DNA from: Squalus acanthias
Lineage: Eukaryota
Assembly: GCA_030390025.1 (NCBI GenBank)
Contig: JASTWF010000036.1
Coordinates: 992,001-1,056,000, forward strand
Reading direction: 5' to 3'
DNA length: 64,000 nt
The notes below the pieces were generated by a model. That model did no database searches. It was given only the letters and a program-made list of their open reading frames with translations, and had not been told where the DNA came from. Made by a program: the position numbers and the translations under genes. Shown here one piece after another: positions 36,891-50,030 of this stretch (its first letter is position 1; every line of letters begins with the position of its first letter).

Positions 36891-37109
36891 ATGAAAGGTG
36901 AGCAAAGGCCAGCACAACCCGATTGGTTGCACACACACCAAGGTGCCACCAATCCTATCGGCAGGCCTTGGAATGCTGTGAGGTACTGTCTTTGTGGGCT
37001 CTGGGTCAACTGGGAGCTGGATGCAGAGCTGTGCCATCTGCTACAAGGATGCCTGCAGCTAACGTGCATCGTCGAGCTGGCACTGCCAATGCCTGGAATT
37101 GCCAGCTGA
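36891..37109 (+). pseudogene. Possible degenerate Harbinger transposase N-terminal fragment
   Basis: YCLCGLWVNWELDAELCHLLQGCLQ...LALP resembles QCLRRLRF....V.ELC.LL..DLQP....ALP; TIR-like aaaatcttgccc at ~37523-37534. Confidence 0.4.
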
Positions 37110-38303
37110 GGCCTCGGTCCTGGCCTTCCAAGCATGCTGGGTGCCCTGTAGTAGCAAACGGGGCCACTCTCCTCACAACCATCACTTCAGCAGTACTCAA
37201 ACAGGGGTGTGGCCGCTGAATAATGGGCTGCTCAGGCAATTGCCTGCAAGCTGAATATCTTTCCCCTTCATTTGTGCCCGCAACTCTCCCCATTCAGCCT
37301 TGGTAAAGGCTGCCAATGGGTTGAAATGCCCTTTGAGCCTTTCCAAAGGCCATTAGAAGTTTTGCCACCCTTTTTTCCCTCACTTTTAAGTGTCTGCATG
37401 CCTTTAAATTTCCCAATTGTAACTATCACTCCCACTAGCAGTAGCTGCATGCGGAGCTCTGAATATCGGGTGAACTTTGCACTCGTTTATGGCCACTTGG
37501 GAGTAAACTGCACCCACAGCGGAAAATCTTGCCCAATGTTAAATTCCTTATTCTATTTTAAAATAGGTCTTATCCTATTTATTTTCAACGAGCTTAATTA
37601 CCTCTTAAACGACCATACTGGGGAATTTAATACAATTGCTTTGAGTGTTTGTCCACTAATCTTTGCCTCTATTTTTAGAATTGTAACGTTTTGCCAACCC
37701 ATGAAAGCATAAATGTCACTGCAGAACTTCGAATAACGTGAAGATTTGGAGAAGGCTTGTTCTCTTTTACTTTAAAGGCCTCCATTCACATTCATGGCAA
37801 AGCAAATGCATAATGTAATTGACTTTGTGACACATTCTTTATTCTCCGCAAATGGATGCATAATCTGAATATAAATTGAGAACATTGGCTATCTATCAGC
37901 AGAATACAAAATAGTAATCCAGTCGAGAGGGTCAGTGATGTCAGAATCCGCACGAGCGTAGATTGGTTGGTGTTATGGAACAAAAACCCTCAAGTATTCG
38001 TTGATGAACTCACCTGAATGTATAATATATATTGATCTGGCAAATCTCCCGCGACGCAGCTGTTTTATAAGGACGGGAGCGTTATACCAGGTATACCGCC
38101 ATGCAGTGTTCTGTCGCTGCAGTGTAGGTGTGTGTCGCTTTAAGACGGTGAAGTGCAATTGCTCTGCTCTCTTGAATTGAATGCTGGGGTCAGTTACGGG
38201 TCAGGCTGCACCATACTTAAGAGACTGCAGACATTCTGGCCTCCGTATTGGGTGCGAAAGACATTTGTATTCTAACGTGTGGCATCTGGAGTGTTGACAT
38301 ATT

Positions 38304-39041
38304 GGCCCAGAAATTGATCTCGCTCTGTTCCCGCGGGGGTAAGGAGCAGGCGCGATCTCTCACTCCGCGTTGGCTTTTTCAGATCCAGCTCGCACGAACT
38401 TGATGTTCTAGACATCAGCTGGGCAGTGCTTGCGTATCCCACTGGCGTAGTGAATTCGTGCGAGCTGTGGGATCACGTGACTCAGTTAGAGCCAATGGCA
38501 GCACACCATCTTCCATTCATAAGTTTCACATACGTGCTGTGAAAGCTATGAATCTTACACCCCCCCAAAATAACAGCTAAACCTCAATTAAACTAAAAAA
38601 AAAAATCACATGAATAAAATAAGTATAGTTAAATAAATTAACCATTTTAAATAAAAAATAAAATTTTTGAAAAAATTTAAAATCTTTAAAAAAGTTATAA
38701 AAATAAACTTACCTGTCTTTAAAGTCTCTAAAAAAGATATACCTGTTAAAAAAAATTCAAAATAATACTTAATTCACTACTTACCTTGTTAAAAGTGGGT
38801 CTTACTCCTTTTTTCATTTCCAAAATCTTCCGTCCTGACCTGCGCGTCCAAAGCACTAAGTGCACAGCGTGCGCGCAGCCTGTAGCGTGCACGCGGTGCA
38901 CCGAGGAACCGCCCCCTTTTCCAAAGACCAAGTGCCGACTTTCAGCGCATGCGCAGCGCATGCAGAAAACCGGCAATTGGAGAGAGAATACGCGAGAGTA
39001 CGCAGTGCGTACTCTCGCGCAGCGGGATCAATTTTTGGCCC
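38304..39041. mobile_element. Harbinger-type MITE
   Basis: TIR GGCCCAGAAATTGATC / GATCAATTTTTGGCCC; TSD ATT; AT-rich core; related to 42578-43330. Confidence 0.8.
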
Positions 39042-39510
39042 ATTGTTCTTTTATATAATGTTCGTTTACAATATCGGTGAGAAAATACGACTGTGTCCCC
39101 GATCTGCTATTTAACCGAGGTGTTGACCCATTTAAAATACATGGATTAAGACCTCCATTAAAAGAAGAGGAATATCTTACAAACACGTTCAGTGTTCATC
39201 CCCAATTATCAGCAACAGTAATTTGTAGCCTTCTATTTTCTTAGTGTGTGTGTGTTTTCTATTGCTGTGGGGTGAAGTAGTGTCTTAAGCAATATTAAGT
39301 TTGTTATCTAGGAGCTGCATGAGGCCAGGTTACTTTTGAGAAAGAAAACCCAATTAATTTTCTCCTCCATTTTATATAAACATTGGAGTCAGTGTGGAGA
39401 AGGGCCACAAGGCTGATCGTTCATGGTTGAGCTATGAGGCAAGATGGAAGCAACTTTACACTTTCAGCCTAGAAAGGACATGTCTGTGAGGCCATTTTAA
39501 GAGATTACAC

Positions 39511-40170
39511 AGGATTACATAGGATATACGGAACAGAAACAGGCCATTCGGCCCAACCAGTCCATGCCGGCGTTTATGCTCCACTCGAGCCTCCTCCCGT
39601 CTTTCCTCATCTAAATCTATCAGCATAACTCTCTATTCCCTTCTCCCTCATATGCTTGTCCAGCCTCCCCTTAAATGCATCTGTACTATTCGCTTCAACC
39701 ACTCCCTGTGGTAGCGAGTTCCACATTCTCACCACTCTCTGGGTAAAGAAATTTCTTCTGAATTCCCGATTGGATTTTTTGGTGACTATCTTATATTGAT
39801 GGCCTCTAGTTTGGCTCTTCCCCACAAGTGGAAACATTCTCTCTGTATCCACTCTATCAAAACCTTTCAGAATAGGTCACCCCTCAGCCTTCTCTTTTCA
39901 AGAGAAAAGAGCCCCAGCCTGTTCATCCTTTCCTGATAGGTGTACCCTCGTATTTATGGTGTCATCCTTGTAAATCTCCTCTGCACCCTCTCCAGTGCCT
40001 CTATATCCTTTTTATAATATGGCGACCAGAACTGTACGCAGTACTCCAAGTGTGGTCTAACCAAGGTTCGATACAGGTTTAGCATAACTTCCCTACTTTT
40101 CAATTCTATCCCTCTAGAAATAAACCCTAGTGCTTGGTTTGCTTTTTTTATGGCCTTGTTAACCTGTGTC
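39511..40170 (-). mobile_element. CR1 LINE 3' end
   Basis: LVRPHLEYCVQFWSP; RRNFFTQRVVRMWNSLP. Confidence 0.85.
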
Positions 40171-42278
40171 ATACTTTTAGTGATGCAGCTAGGTAGTTAA
40201 GGGAATGGAAAAGGTTAATCTGGAATATTACTTGAAAGTATAAATGTAGGACAAAGGGCCACAGGTTCAAACTAGTAAAAGGCCAATTTTGGACTGATGC
40301 CAGGAATTGCTTCACACACGGAGTGATCAATGTAGGAGCATAGGAATTGCTAGATTGAAAAAAGACCACGGTTCGCCTTCTACCATCCTGGTAGTCGCGT
40401 GATACGATGATAATGGAGTTGTTGATCAATCATAGCGATCAATCACTATCAGTTAGTCCCTGGGTTTGGTTCCTGGACGTCAGTTGAGGGGAGGAGGCGG
40501 GGGGGGGGGGGGGGGGCGGTGGGTGGGTGACGCTTGTAGTCATGATCCAGGGGAGGTGCTTTCTGGCTGAGATCAGGAGTGTGGTGGGAGCCTGGGGTAA
40601 GGGAGGCCCAAGGCTTCCTTGTGAGGCCCAAAGGAGCACTCCTGCCTCGGCCTCCTCTGGCCCACGGTCCACCTCCCGGCAGTTCTGGCCTGACGGGGAA
40701 GCCATCACTGCTCCCCCCCCCCCCCCACTCGGGCCTCCCAATTAATATTGTAGTCGGGTCCTGATGACCTCATCGGAACCCGATCTGCAGCGTTAAAGAA
40801 GGACCCCGCTGCCTTCCTGCGGGTGTCCCGCTCGCCTGCTCAGAGGAGCAGGTTAAGATCGGGACATGGCGCAAAGGCAGCGGGATCAGAGGGGGTAAAT
40901 GACTGGCCCCTCTCCACCCCCCTCACTACCAATTAGTTTCCACCAGGCAGTGGGGTGGGGGAGGAGGGCTGTTAAAATTGGGGCCTAGCGGGGGAATTTT
41001 AACCCCCCCAAAACAGGTGGGTTTGGGTCAGGTGGGAAGTTAAAATGTAAAAAATCTCAATCCCGAACCCAACCCGCCCACTTCTGCTTTTAACGGAGGT
41101 GAGATGGTTGGGGCGGGCGATCGAGCCGCTCCCAGGAGGCGGGTCGCTCATTTAAATATTTAAATGTGGCAGTGTGCCTCAGATTTCATATCATTCCAGC
41201 TGGACTGCTGCATGGAAGAGGTAAATGCCTTTCCAGCGCTGCTTGTGGGCCAGGAGGAGCTGGAGTGCTTCCCCCCTCCCCCCCCACCGGCCCACCAAGC
41301 AAACCCCTGTTTCTCACTCCACGCAATCGGACCCCACCCCCTCCGCGATCACCGACCTTCCCCCCCCCCCCCCCCCCCCCTCCCCATCTCTGCCTCCCAT
41401 CTCTCTTCGCCCCCCACGACCCCCCCCCCCGGCCCTCCGTACCACGCTGTACCCACCCACCCTGCCCCCTGCCCCCATGATCTCTACCCCAGTAGCGGGA
41501 TACCGACCTGCTACTGGGCTGCGGCCTTCGCTGCAACATTCCCCACCCGACAGGGAGCCAAGCCTGTCAATCTAGCTGGCTTCCGGGCAGGCAACCTGTT
41601 CAAAAAAAAACACGCAGTTAACACTCCAGTACGTTCGTGGACCAGAACTCTTCATCCCCCCCTGGCTTGGAAATCCCGTCCAGTAAATATTGGGGCCCAA
41701 GTCTTTACTGCTGTTCAGTAACATTTACTGATCCTGCAGCCAAATTTACTTTTTCGGCTTTCAACCAAATATTTGACTTTGTGTTTCTATATCGTCCTCC
41801 TTCCTTCCCCCGAAAGCTATACATTTTCATAATTCAACGGGTTTTGTGCTTTCCATTAAGTAACAATGGACAGCTGCCTGTACTGGGTACGTTGTGCAGT
41901 CAGCCTGTGGGCCTTCACTTCCCTCAGAGCATTACAGCACAGAAGGAGTTCCCCAATTATTACTATCCAGTCACATTTTCTGCTATTGTTTGAGCTGCTA
42001 GCCTGATGGTTGGAAGAAATGTTTATATGCAAAGCGTTGTTACCTTAATGCATTGCCACAAGCGTCTATTGAAGCTGAACCAACCTCCGCATTAAAGAGG
42101 AAATTGGAAGGAAAACCTTCATGGGTACCGAGAAATTGGACTAGATTAGATAGCTCTGATATTGGGCTAAGATTGTCACAATGGAGAAATGGCTTCCTTC
42201 TGTGCCGAAGACTTGTTTGCGCGGTCACGGCCCATTTCAAAGCATTCTCCCGTTAAAGACAACTTTATTTATTCTTAA

Positions 42279-43505
42279 TGTCAGCTGTGGCTCAGTGGGT
42301 AGCACGCTTGCCTGCTGAGTCAGAAAGTTGTTGGTTCTAAGTCCCACTCCAGAGACTTGAACACAAAAATCTAGGCTGATATTCTAGTGCAGTGCTGAGG
42401 GAGTGCTGCACTGTTGGAGGTGCCGTCTTTCGGATGAGGTGTTAAACCGAGGCCCCGTCTGCTCTCTCAGGTGGACGCAAAAGATCCCATGGCACTATTT
42501 TGAAGAAGAGCAGGGGAGTTCTCCCCAGTGTCCTGGGGCCAATATTTATCCCTCAATCAACATCACTAAAACAGATTGGGCCAGAAATTCGGCTCTCCGG
42601 CTTCCTGCGGGTGCAAGGATCGCGCGCGTACTCACCTACCGCGCCTGCCGTTGTGCTTCGGGCCCGCGAGGAATTCGGGTCCTGGGCCTCCTGCAGCTGC
42701 CGGCGTGCAGTGCTTGCGTATCCCAGGGGCGCAGTTAGTTCGAAGCGTCCCCTGGGATCACGTGGGCCATGGAGAGCCAATCGGAGCAGGGAATCTCCAT
42801 TCATAGATTTTGACAGGAAGACCTGTCAAATCTATGAATAGAGATCGGCCCCAAAACCTCACTAAAACTTCAAATACATTTTTTAAAAAACATCACATTT
42901 TTAAAATAACTATAAATTACATAAATTAACTACTTTAAACAAAAATTTAAATTTTTGTAAAAATTAATTACAGTTTTTAACGGTGCTAAAAATAAACTTA
43001 CCTTTCTTTAAAGTATGTAAAAAAGATAAACCTGTTGAAAAAATGTTTAAATTGTACTTAATTCACCACTTACCTTGTTAAAAGCAGGCCTTGCGCCTCC
43101 TTTTTCCCCGCGCAGTTTCTCCGTACTTACCCTCCCGGAGAAACCTGAAAAAAACCGAAGTTCGAGGTCTACGCGCTGCCTCCCCGGCGCACGCGTTCGA
43201 CCTCTGAACCCCTCCCTTCAGGGGAACGGAAGTTCCGGTTTCCAGTGCATGCGCGAAACCGGCACTTTCGTTGGGTCTACGGGTGAGTACCCAGCGCGTA
43301 CTCACCCGTGGAGACCCGAATTTCTGGCCCATTATCTGGCCATTATCACATTGCTGTTTGTGGGAGCTTGCTGTGCGCAAATTGGCTGCAGCATTTCCCA
43401 CATTACAACAGTGACAACCCTTCTAAAAATACTTCATTAGCTGTAAAGCGCTTTGGGACGTCCTGAGGTTGTGAAAGGCGCTATAGAAATGCAAGTCTTT
43501 CTTTT
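42279..43505 (+). mobile_element. DeuSINE split by a MITE
   Basis: Halves join at acagATT|ATTatctgg. Confidence 0.85.
42578..43330. mobile_element. Harbinger-type MITE
   Basis: TIR GGGCCAGAAATTCGG / CCGAATTTCTGGCCC; TSD ATT at 42575-42577 and 43331-43333. Confidence 0.9.
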
Positions 43506-44327
43506 CCTTTGTAATGCTGTTTTTGAAGAAGTGCTCCAGTTCTAAAAATACAAAGCACACAAAGCATGGAATGAGAAGAGGCCATTCTGCCTATTTAGCC
43601 TATCCCTCCCACAGACCAGGCGCAATGCATTCCTATCGCTGTGACCAACTCCTGTAGCTCCTGCGAACAGTTTAGCGTTGGTGCAAAGCGATTTCAGCTT
43701 TCCACTGGCAGTGTGAGTCAGGGCCTGACCTGGGGTCAGGCTCCCTGGTGGGGGTAGTCTCGCATCATTTTGGTTTGGTGCCACACGGTGTGTGAACTCC
43801 GTGCGGTGTCTGACCTGCTCCGGGGGCGCCATTCCCTGGACCCTTTTGTAAACCTAGCTGATCTTGAATTTAAATGTTGAGAGCAGGGATTCTCTTCTCC
43901 TTGCTCTCTAGACATGCATGGATAACTCGAAGCCTCATCCGAACACACAGTTCCAGCCAGGCAGGAGCCAAGCACTGTAAGTTCTGCCCAGCTGTAGCTA
44001 CCAGTCTCTGACTGTTCAGTGCAGTTATGCTACACTCTCGATGAGCATGTATGAAATTTCACTCAATTAAGCTGTAGCATTTCCAGTCAGTCTGTTTCGA
44101 TACCATGTATAGCTCGGCAGATTCACTGGTGAGCCATCGCTTCAATTTTACCATGTTCATATCTTTTAATTGGCCATTCTTTTGTTCATGTATTTCCAGT
44201 GGAAAATGTATATAAATCTGCAATTGAATCACAATTTGTAGCAATTAATTGACTACAATTGCTTCCACAGAATTGGAAATAGTTAATTGAATCCAAAAGT
44301 ACCCCGGCTAACTGGAGAAAAGTCCTT

Positions 44328-46053
44328 TTGCTTTTTGTGGTATACATCAATGATTTGGACTTGAATGTAGGAAGTATGATTAAGAAGTTTGCAGATGATA
44401 CAAAAATTGGCCATGTGGTTGATAATGAAGAAGAAAGCTGTAGACTGCAGGAAGATATCAATGGACTGGTCAGGTGGGCAGAACAGTGGCAAATGGAATT
44501 CAATCTGGAGAAGTGTGAGGTAATGCATTTGGGGAGGGCTAACAAGGCAAGGGAATACACATTAAATGGTAGGTCACTGGGAAGTGCAGAGGATCAGAGG
44601 GACCTTGGAGTGCATGTGCACAGATCCCTGAAGGTAGCCGGATGGGTAGATAAGGTGGTTAAGAAGGCATACGGGATACTTGCTTTTATTAGCCGAGGCA
44701 TAGAATATAAGAGCAGGGAGGTTATGCTTGAACTGTATAAAATACTAGTTAGGCCGCAGCTAGATTACTGCGTGCAGTTCTGGTCACCACATTACAGGAA
44801 AGATGTGATTGCACTAGAGGGGGTGCAGAGGAGATTTACGAGGATGTTGCCTGGACTGGGGAATTTTAGCTATGAGGAAAGATTGGATAGGCTGGGGTTG
44901 TTTTCTTTGGAACTGAGGAGGCTGAGGGGAGATTTAATTGAGGTGTATAAAATTATGAGGGGCCTCGATAAAGTGGATAGGAAGGACCAATCTGCAAGGG
45001 GACATAGACAGGCTAAGTAAGTGGGCAGAGATTTGGCAGATGGAATACAATACTGGAAAGTGTGAGGTTATGCACTTTGGCAGGAAAAATAGTAGAGCAA
45101 GTTATTATCTTAATGGCAAGAAACTGGAAGGTACTGAAGTACAAAGGGATTTGGGGGTCCTGGTGCACGAAACTCAAAAGGTTAGTATGCAGGTGCAGCA
45201 AGTGATTAAGAAGGCCAATGGAATGTTGGCTTTCATTGCTAGGGGGATACAATATAAAAATAGGGAGGTATTGCTTCAGTTGTACAAGGTATTGGTGAGA
45301 CCGCACCTGGAATACTGCATACAGTTTTGGTGTCCATACTTAAGAAAAGACATACTTGCTCTCGAGTCAGTACAAAGAAGGTTCACTCGGTTAATCCCGG
45401 GGATGAGGGGATGGACATATGAGGAGAGGTTGGATAGATTGGGACTCTACTCATTGGAGTTCAGAAGAATGAGAGGCGATCTTATTGAAACATATAAGAT
45501 TGTGAAGGGGTTGGATCGGGTGGATGCGGGGAGGATGTTCCCGATGACGGGTGAAACTAGAACTAGGGGGCATAGTCTTAGAATAAGGGGCTGCTCTTTC
45601 AAAACTGAGATGAGAAGGAACTACTTCACTCAGAGGGTGGTAGGCCCATGGAATATGCTGCCCCAAAAAGCTGTAGAAGCTACATCATTACATAAATTTA
45701 AAACAGAAATAGACAGTTTCCTAGAAGTAAAGGGAATTAAGGGTTACGGGGAGCGGGCAGGAATTTGGACATGAGTCTAGGTTCGGATCGGTCATGGCCC
45801 TGTGGGTAGCGTAGCGGGCCCAGGGGCCGTGTAGCCTGATCCTGCTCCTATTTCGTGTGTCCAATTCTGTTAGGTTCAGGAGATGGTTCTGTGATAGTAG
45901 ATTGGCGGTTAGGATCAGATCAGCCATGATCTTATTGAATGGCAGAGCAGGCTCGAGGGGCCGATTGGCCTACTCCTGCTCCTATTTCTTATGTTCTTAT
46001 GACCTATTTCCCTTAGCAGAGAGGTCAATAACCAGGGGGCATAGATTTAAAGT
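44328..46053 (+). mobile_element. CR1 LINE RT fragment (host; 44328-44988 and 46001-46053)
   Basis: YINDLD...KFADDTKI; the reading continues across the insertion at gataggaagGACC|tatttccc. Confidence 0.85.
44989..46000 (+). mobile_element. Younger CR1 LINE 3' end nested in the CR1 host
   Basis: Uninterrupted ORF 45040-45774; tail ttcttatgttcttat; flanking GACC duplication. Confidence 0.85.
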
Positions 46054-46812
46054 TCCTTAAGGAAATAGGAGCAGAGTGAGGCATGGGAGAGGGAAAACAG
46101 AGAGAGACAACAGCCTCCACGGTCAGGTTCACACACTTTCTAATAACTGGTGCAAAATCAGCAGTGGCAAAGGTCACGCAAGCAGTTTGTGTAGCAATTG
46201 CTTGGCTGGGATTTTGGTCTACAACCTACAAGACCATAACATAGTTTTCTGAAATACTTATGGGAGCAGCTCCCTTATGGACATTGGCAGGCTGAAATCA
46301 ATGGCTTATATAAAGATCCACATTTTCCTGGATCTATGCTGTCATTGGTTACCTGAACACTTAGGGGGCAGGGGAAAAGGGGGAGTAGGTGTAACCGACT
46401 GAAGGGCCACTCGTCCGCTGTCAGTTGCACACCTCCAGTGTAAAGTGCCTTGAGATAGCAATTCTACTTTGCATTTCTAGAAGTGCGTACTTTCTTTAGA
46501 TGTAACGGAACCAACTCATGCACAACGTCTGACAAATAGACAAGTGAGCAAGATTGGTGTTTAGACCGAGGAGGGAGTTTTCCCTCAACCTGTTTTCAGG
46601 CTGAAGATATTGCCCGAGCGTCATGCTTTGCAGGATTACAGACACCATCGGAGATTTCTTCTACCCCTGGTATTTTATGGCACTGAAGCAAAGGGTAACA
46701 GTGGTTGGTCGCCTTGGTTCAAGAAGCTATGGCCACACTGGGGAGCGAATGAAACCTATTGGTGTGGAGACTGAACTGCATGCAAGGGAAATACAATGGT
46801 CGAGCCTGCAGT

Positions 46813-47180
46813 TCATAGAATCATAGAAATTTACAGCACAGAAGGAGGCCATTCGGCCCATCGTGTCCGTGCCTGTCGCAAAAGAGCTCTCCAGCCTAAT
46901 CCCACTTTCCAGCTCTTGGTCCGTAGCCCTGTAGGTTACGGCGCTTCAAGCGCATATCACAGTACTTTTTAAATGTGATGAGGGTTTCTGCCTCTACCAC
47001 CCTTTCGGGCAGTGAGTTCCAGACCCCCACCACCCTCTGGGTGAAAAAAGTTCTCCTCAAATCCCGTCTAAACCTTCGACCAATTACTTTAAATCTCTGC
47101 CCCCTGGTTATTGACCTCTCTGCTAAGGGAAATAGGTCCTTCCTATCCACTCTATCTAGGCCCCTCATCATTTTATACAC
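46813..47180 (-). mobile_element. CR1 LINE 3' end
   Basis: YKMMRGLDRVDRKDLFP...FFTQRVVGVWNSLP; catagaatcataga tail. Confidence 0.85.
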
Positions 47181-48119
47181 CTATCTAAGTTTGTGTGGAT
47201 CATTGTTCCATTGATACAAGAATTTGTAGATTTGAAGGAGAAGTATACAGTGAAGAAACCAATGAGCTTCTGCTCTATTATTTTCAGAAGCATACACTGC
47301 CCTGGTGAATTTCCCACAGCTGTATTTTCTTCCTTACATATTTTTCCTCCTTTGAAGACTATTTCCGCAGAAGCTGTGATGGAGTTCGTCATGCCGGCTC
47401 CTCTCCGATCCACCTTGTGTAATCTCGTGCTATATGTTTGAAATTCAAATCAATTGTTAGATGCTTTGGAGACCCATGCTCATTATAACCCACAGAAGCT
47501 GTATCTGTTTCCATGGCAGCGAATCTGTTGCCTGGCATTATCGGTTTGCAACTATTATTTAATTTCTTTTCATTCTGCTGTCGTTTTGTTTCCAAGTACA
47601 TTACATACACGCAGAGTGGAATAAAGGTGCTAATTATACTGTGGAAGCCGCCTTATTGATAAAATAGTTAGGACATCACACCCGAGCAGTTGTCTTCACA
47701 TGTACCCTGATACTTCAGGTGTCAGTCATGAGTAGCTTTAAGCTATTGTCTTATCCTGTTAGATGGAAAATGCCTCATGCTGGAAAATGCAATTCATCAA
47801 AAATTATGTTGAACTGATTGTGTCGAGGTTGGAGAATAGCTGCAAGTTGGGTTGGTGACTCATTTTTGAGGAAAATGAAACATGAGACCAGCTTTTGAGG
47901 GTGGTTCTGTTATTTCTTTCTTGTTTAATTCGAATTGCCTTAATAGGACCCCACCTCCACCCACGGAGTTCCAAATATCCACTTTATTCAATCATTTCCT
48001 AATGAGCATACACTGTAAAATTTCAGGCAATCAATTATTCCAAGTATATTTATCCTTAAAATGGATGATCCCATCAGCAAGGTCCCATTTAGTGAGGGAG
48101 GCGATCATACTTCCAGCAA

Positions 48120-48622
48120 AACAACAACAACTTGTATTTATATAGCGCCTTTAACGTAGTAAAACGTCCCAAGGCGCTTCATAGGAGTATTGTAAGACAA
48201 AAAATTTGACACCGAGCCACATAAGGAGATATTAGGGCAGGTGACCAAAAGCTTGGTCAAAGAGGTAGGTTTTGAAGGAGCGTCTTAAAGGAGGAGAGAG
48301 GGGTAGTGAGGCGGAGAGGTTTAGGGAGGGAGTTCCAGAGCTTAGGCCCAGGCAACAGAAGGCACGGCCACCAAAGGTTGAGCGATTATAATCAGGGATG
48401 CTCAAGAGGGCAGAATTAGAGGAACGCAGATATCTCGGGGGGGGTTTGTGGGGCTGAAGGAGATTACAGAGATAGGGAGGGGCGAGGCCATGGAGGGATC
48501 TGAACACAAGGATGAGAATTTTGAAATCAAGGCGCTGCTTAACCGGGTGCCAATGTAGGTCAGCGAGCACAGGGGTGATGGGCGAACGGGACTTGGTGCG
48601 AGTTAGGACATGGGCAGCCGAG
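48120..48622 (-). mobile_element. L2 LINE 3' end
   Basis: NSAAHVLTRTKSRSPITPVLADLHW. Confidence 0.85.
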
Positions 48623-49080
48623 TTAAATCCTCTTATAAAAGAGGCGGGTAAATAACTGGTTGAAGTGGGATTGAAGGTTATAAAGATTAACACAGATAGA
48701 GGTCATTGAATGGTGTGTGGAACATGAGTGTCCCTGAACTGCTGGGACAACGGGAACATCATTCGAAGTCGGAGATAAATAACATGGGTTATGAGATGAG
48801 ATTTTCCTGGGTTTGTGTCCAGGTACATTGGATTACCTGGGCATTGCAGATATTGGAAACTATTGCAGATCAGAGGGCACATCTGTAAAGGAACTCGCCC
48901 AATGGTCCTGCATTGGAGTCTTGTTCAATTACCCGGGTGGTGGTGGGGTGGGGTGCAGGGGCAATGAGGAACGTTTCCGAGTCTTCATTTTGAAGATTAA
49001 CCCCTGGAGGTGCTGGTGGTAGAAGTGTTAAATAGGCTGGCTAGATTTCTGATGGGGCAAATTAAACATGGTCAGCAGAT

Positions 49081-49401
49081 GGGCAACACGGTGGCATAGT
49101 GGTTAGCACTGTTACCTCACAGCGCCAGGGACCCGGGTTCGAATCCGGCCTCGGGTGACTGTCTGTGTGGAGTTTCCACATTCTCCCCGTGTCTGCGTGG
49201 GTTTCCTCCGGGTGCTCCGGTTTCCTCCCACAGTCCAAAGATGTGCGGGTTAGGTTGATTTGGCTATGATAAAATTGACCCTTCGTGTTAGGGGGGATTA
49301 AATATGTGGGGTTACGGGGATAGGGTGGGATATGTGTCGGTGCAGGCTCGATGGGCCGAAATGGCCTCTATCTGCACTGTGGGGATTCTGTGATTCTGTG
49401 A
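49081..49401 (+). mobile_element. V-SINE (HE1-like, elasmobranch)
   Basis: tRNA head ggtggcatagtggttagc...gggttcgaatcc; V domain ttctccccgtgtctgcgtgggtttcctccgggtgctccggtttcctcccac; CR1-type tail gattctgtgattctgtg. Confidence 0.9.
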
Positions 49402-49782
49402 AGGAATGAGATAGTCTTGTCCTTTCATTTCTATTAGGAACAGGAGGAGACCATTCAGCCCTTCAGCCATTCAATTAGATCATGGCTGGTCTTTATCTTA
49501 ACTCCATTTATCCGCCTTAGCTCCATATCCCTTGATACCCTTGCCTAACAAAAATCTGTCGATCTCGGGCTAACTCCCATGGAATATGTTTTGATTTCGC
49601 GACCCTCTCCAGAGACCGACAGCTGTGTGATTTGTTGCACCTACAGTGGCTGGCTATCTTTGTGCAGTCATTTCTCCGCGCAGTGATTGAAGTGGACTGA
49701 GTGGGTTCTGCAAGTTGTTGCCTCCCCAAAATGGAATTCCTTGCTACTGATGGGCACTCCATCCCGTAACTTTTCAACTGTT

Positions 49783-50030
49783 CAGAAGAAACTTCTTTAC
49801 CCAGAGAGTGGTGAGAATGTGGAACTCGCTACCACAGGGAGTGGTGGAAGCGAATCGTATAGATGCATTTAAGGGGAGGCTGGACAAGCATATGAGGGAG
49901 AAGGGAATAGAGGGTTATGCTGATAGAGTTAGATGAGGAAAGACGGGAGGAGGCTCGAGTGGAGCATAAACGCCGGCATGGACTGGTTGGGCCGAATGGC
50001 CTGTTTCTGCGCCGTATATTCTATGTAATC
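49783..50030 (+). mobile_element. CR1 LINE 3' end
   Basis: Same subfamily as 39511-40170, opposite orientation. Confidence 0.8.

Noticed and set aside
40439..41721. Pro/Gly-rich ORFs
   Set aside because: They arise from G/C homopolymers in GC-rich MITE-like sequence. TIRs and TSDs were too ambiguous to call.
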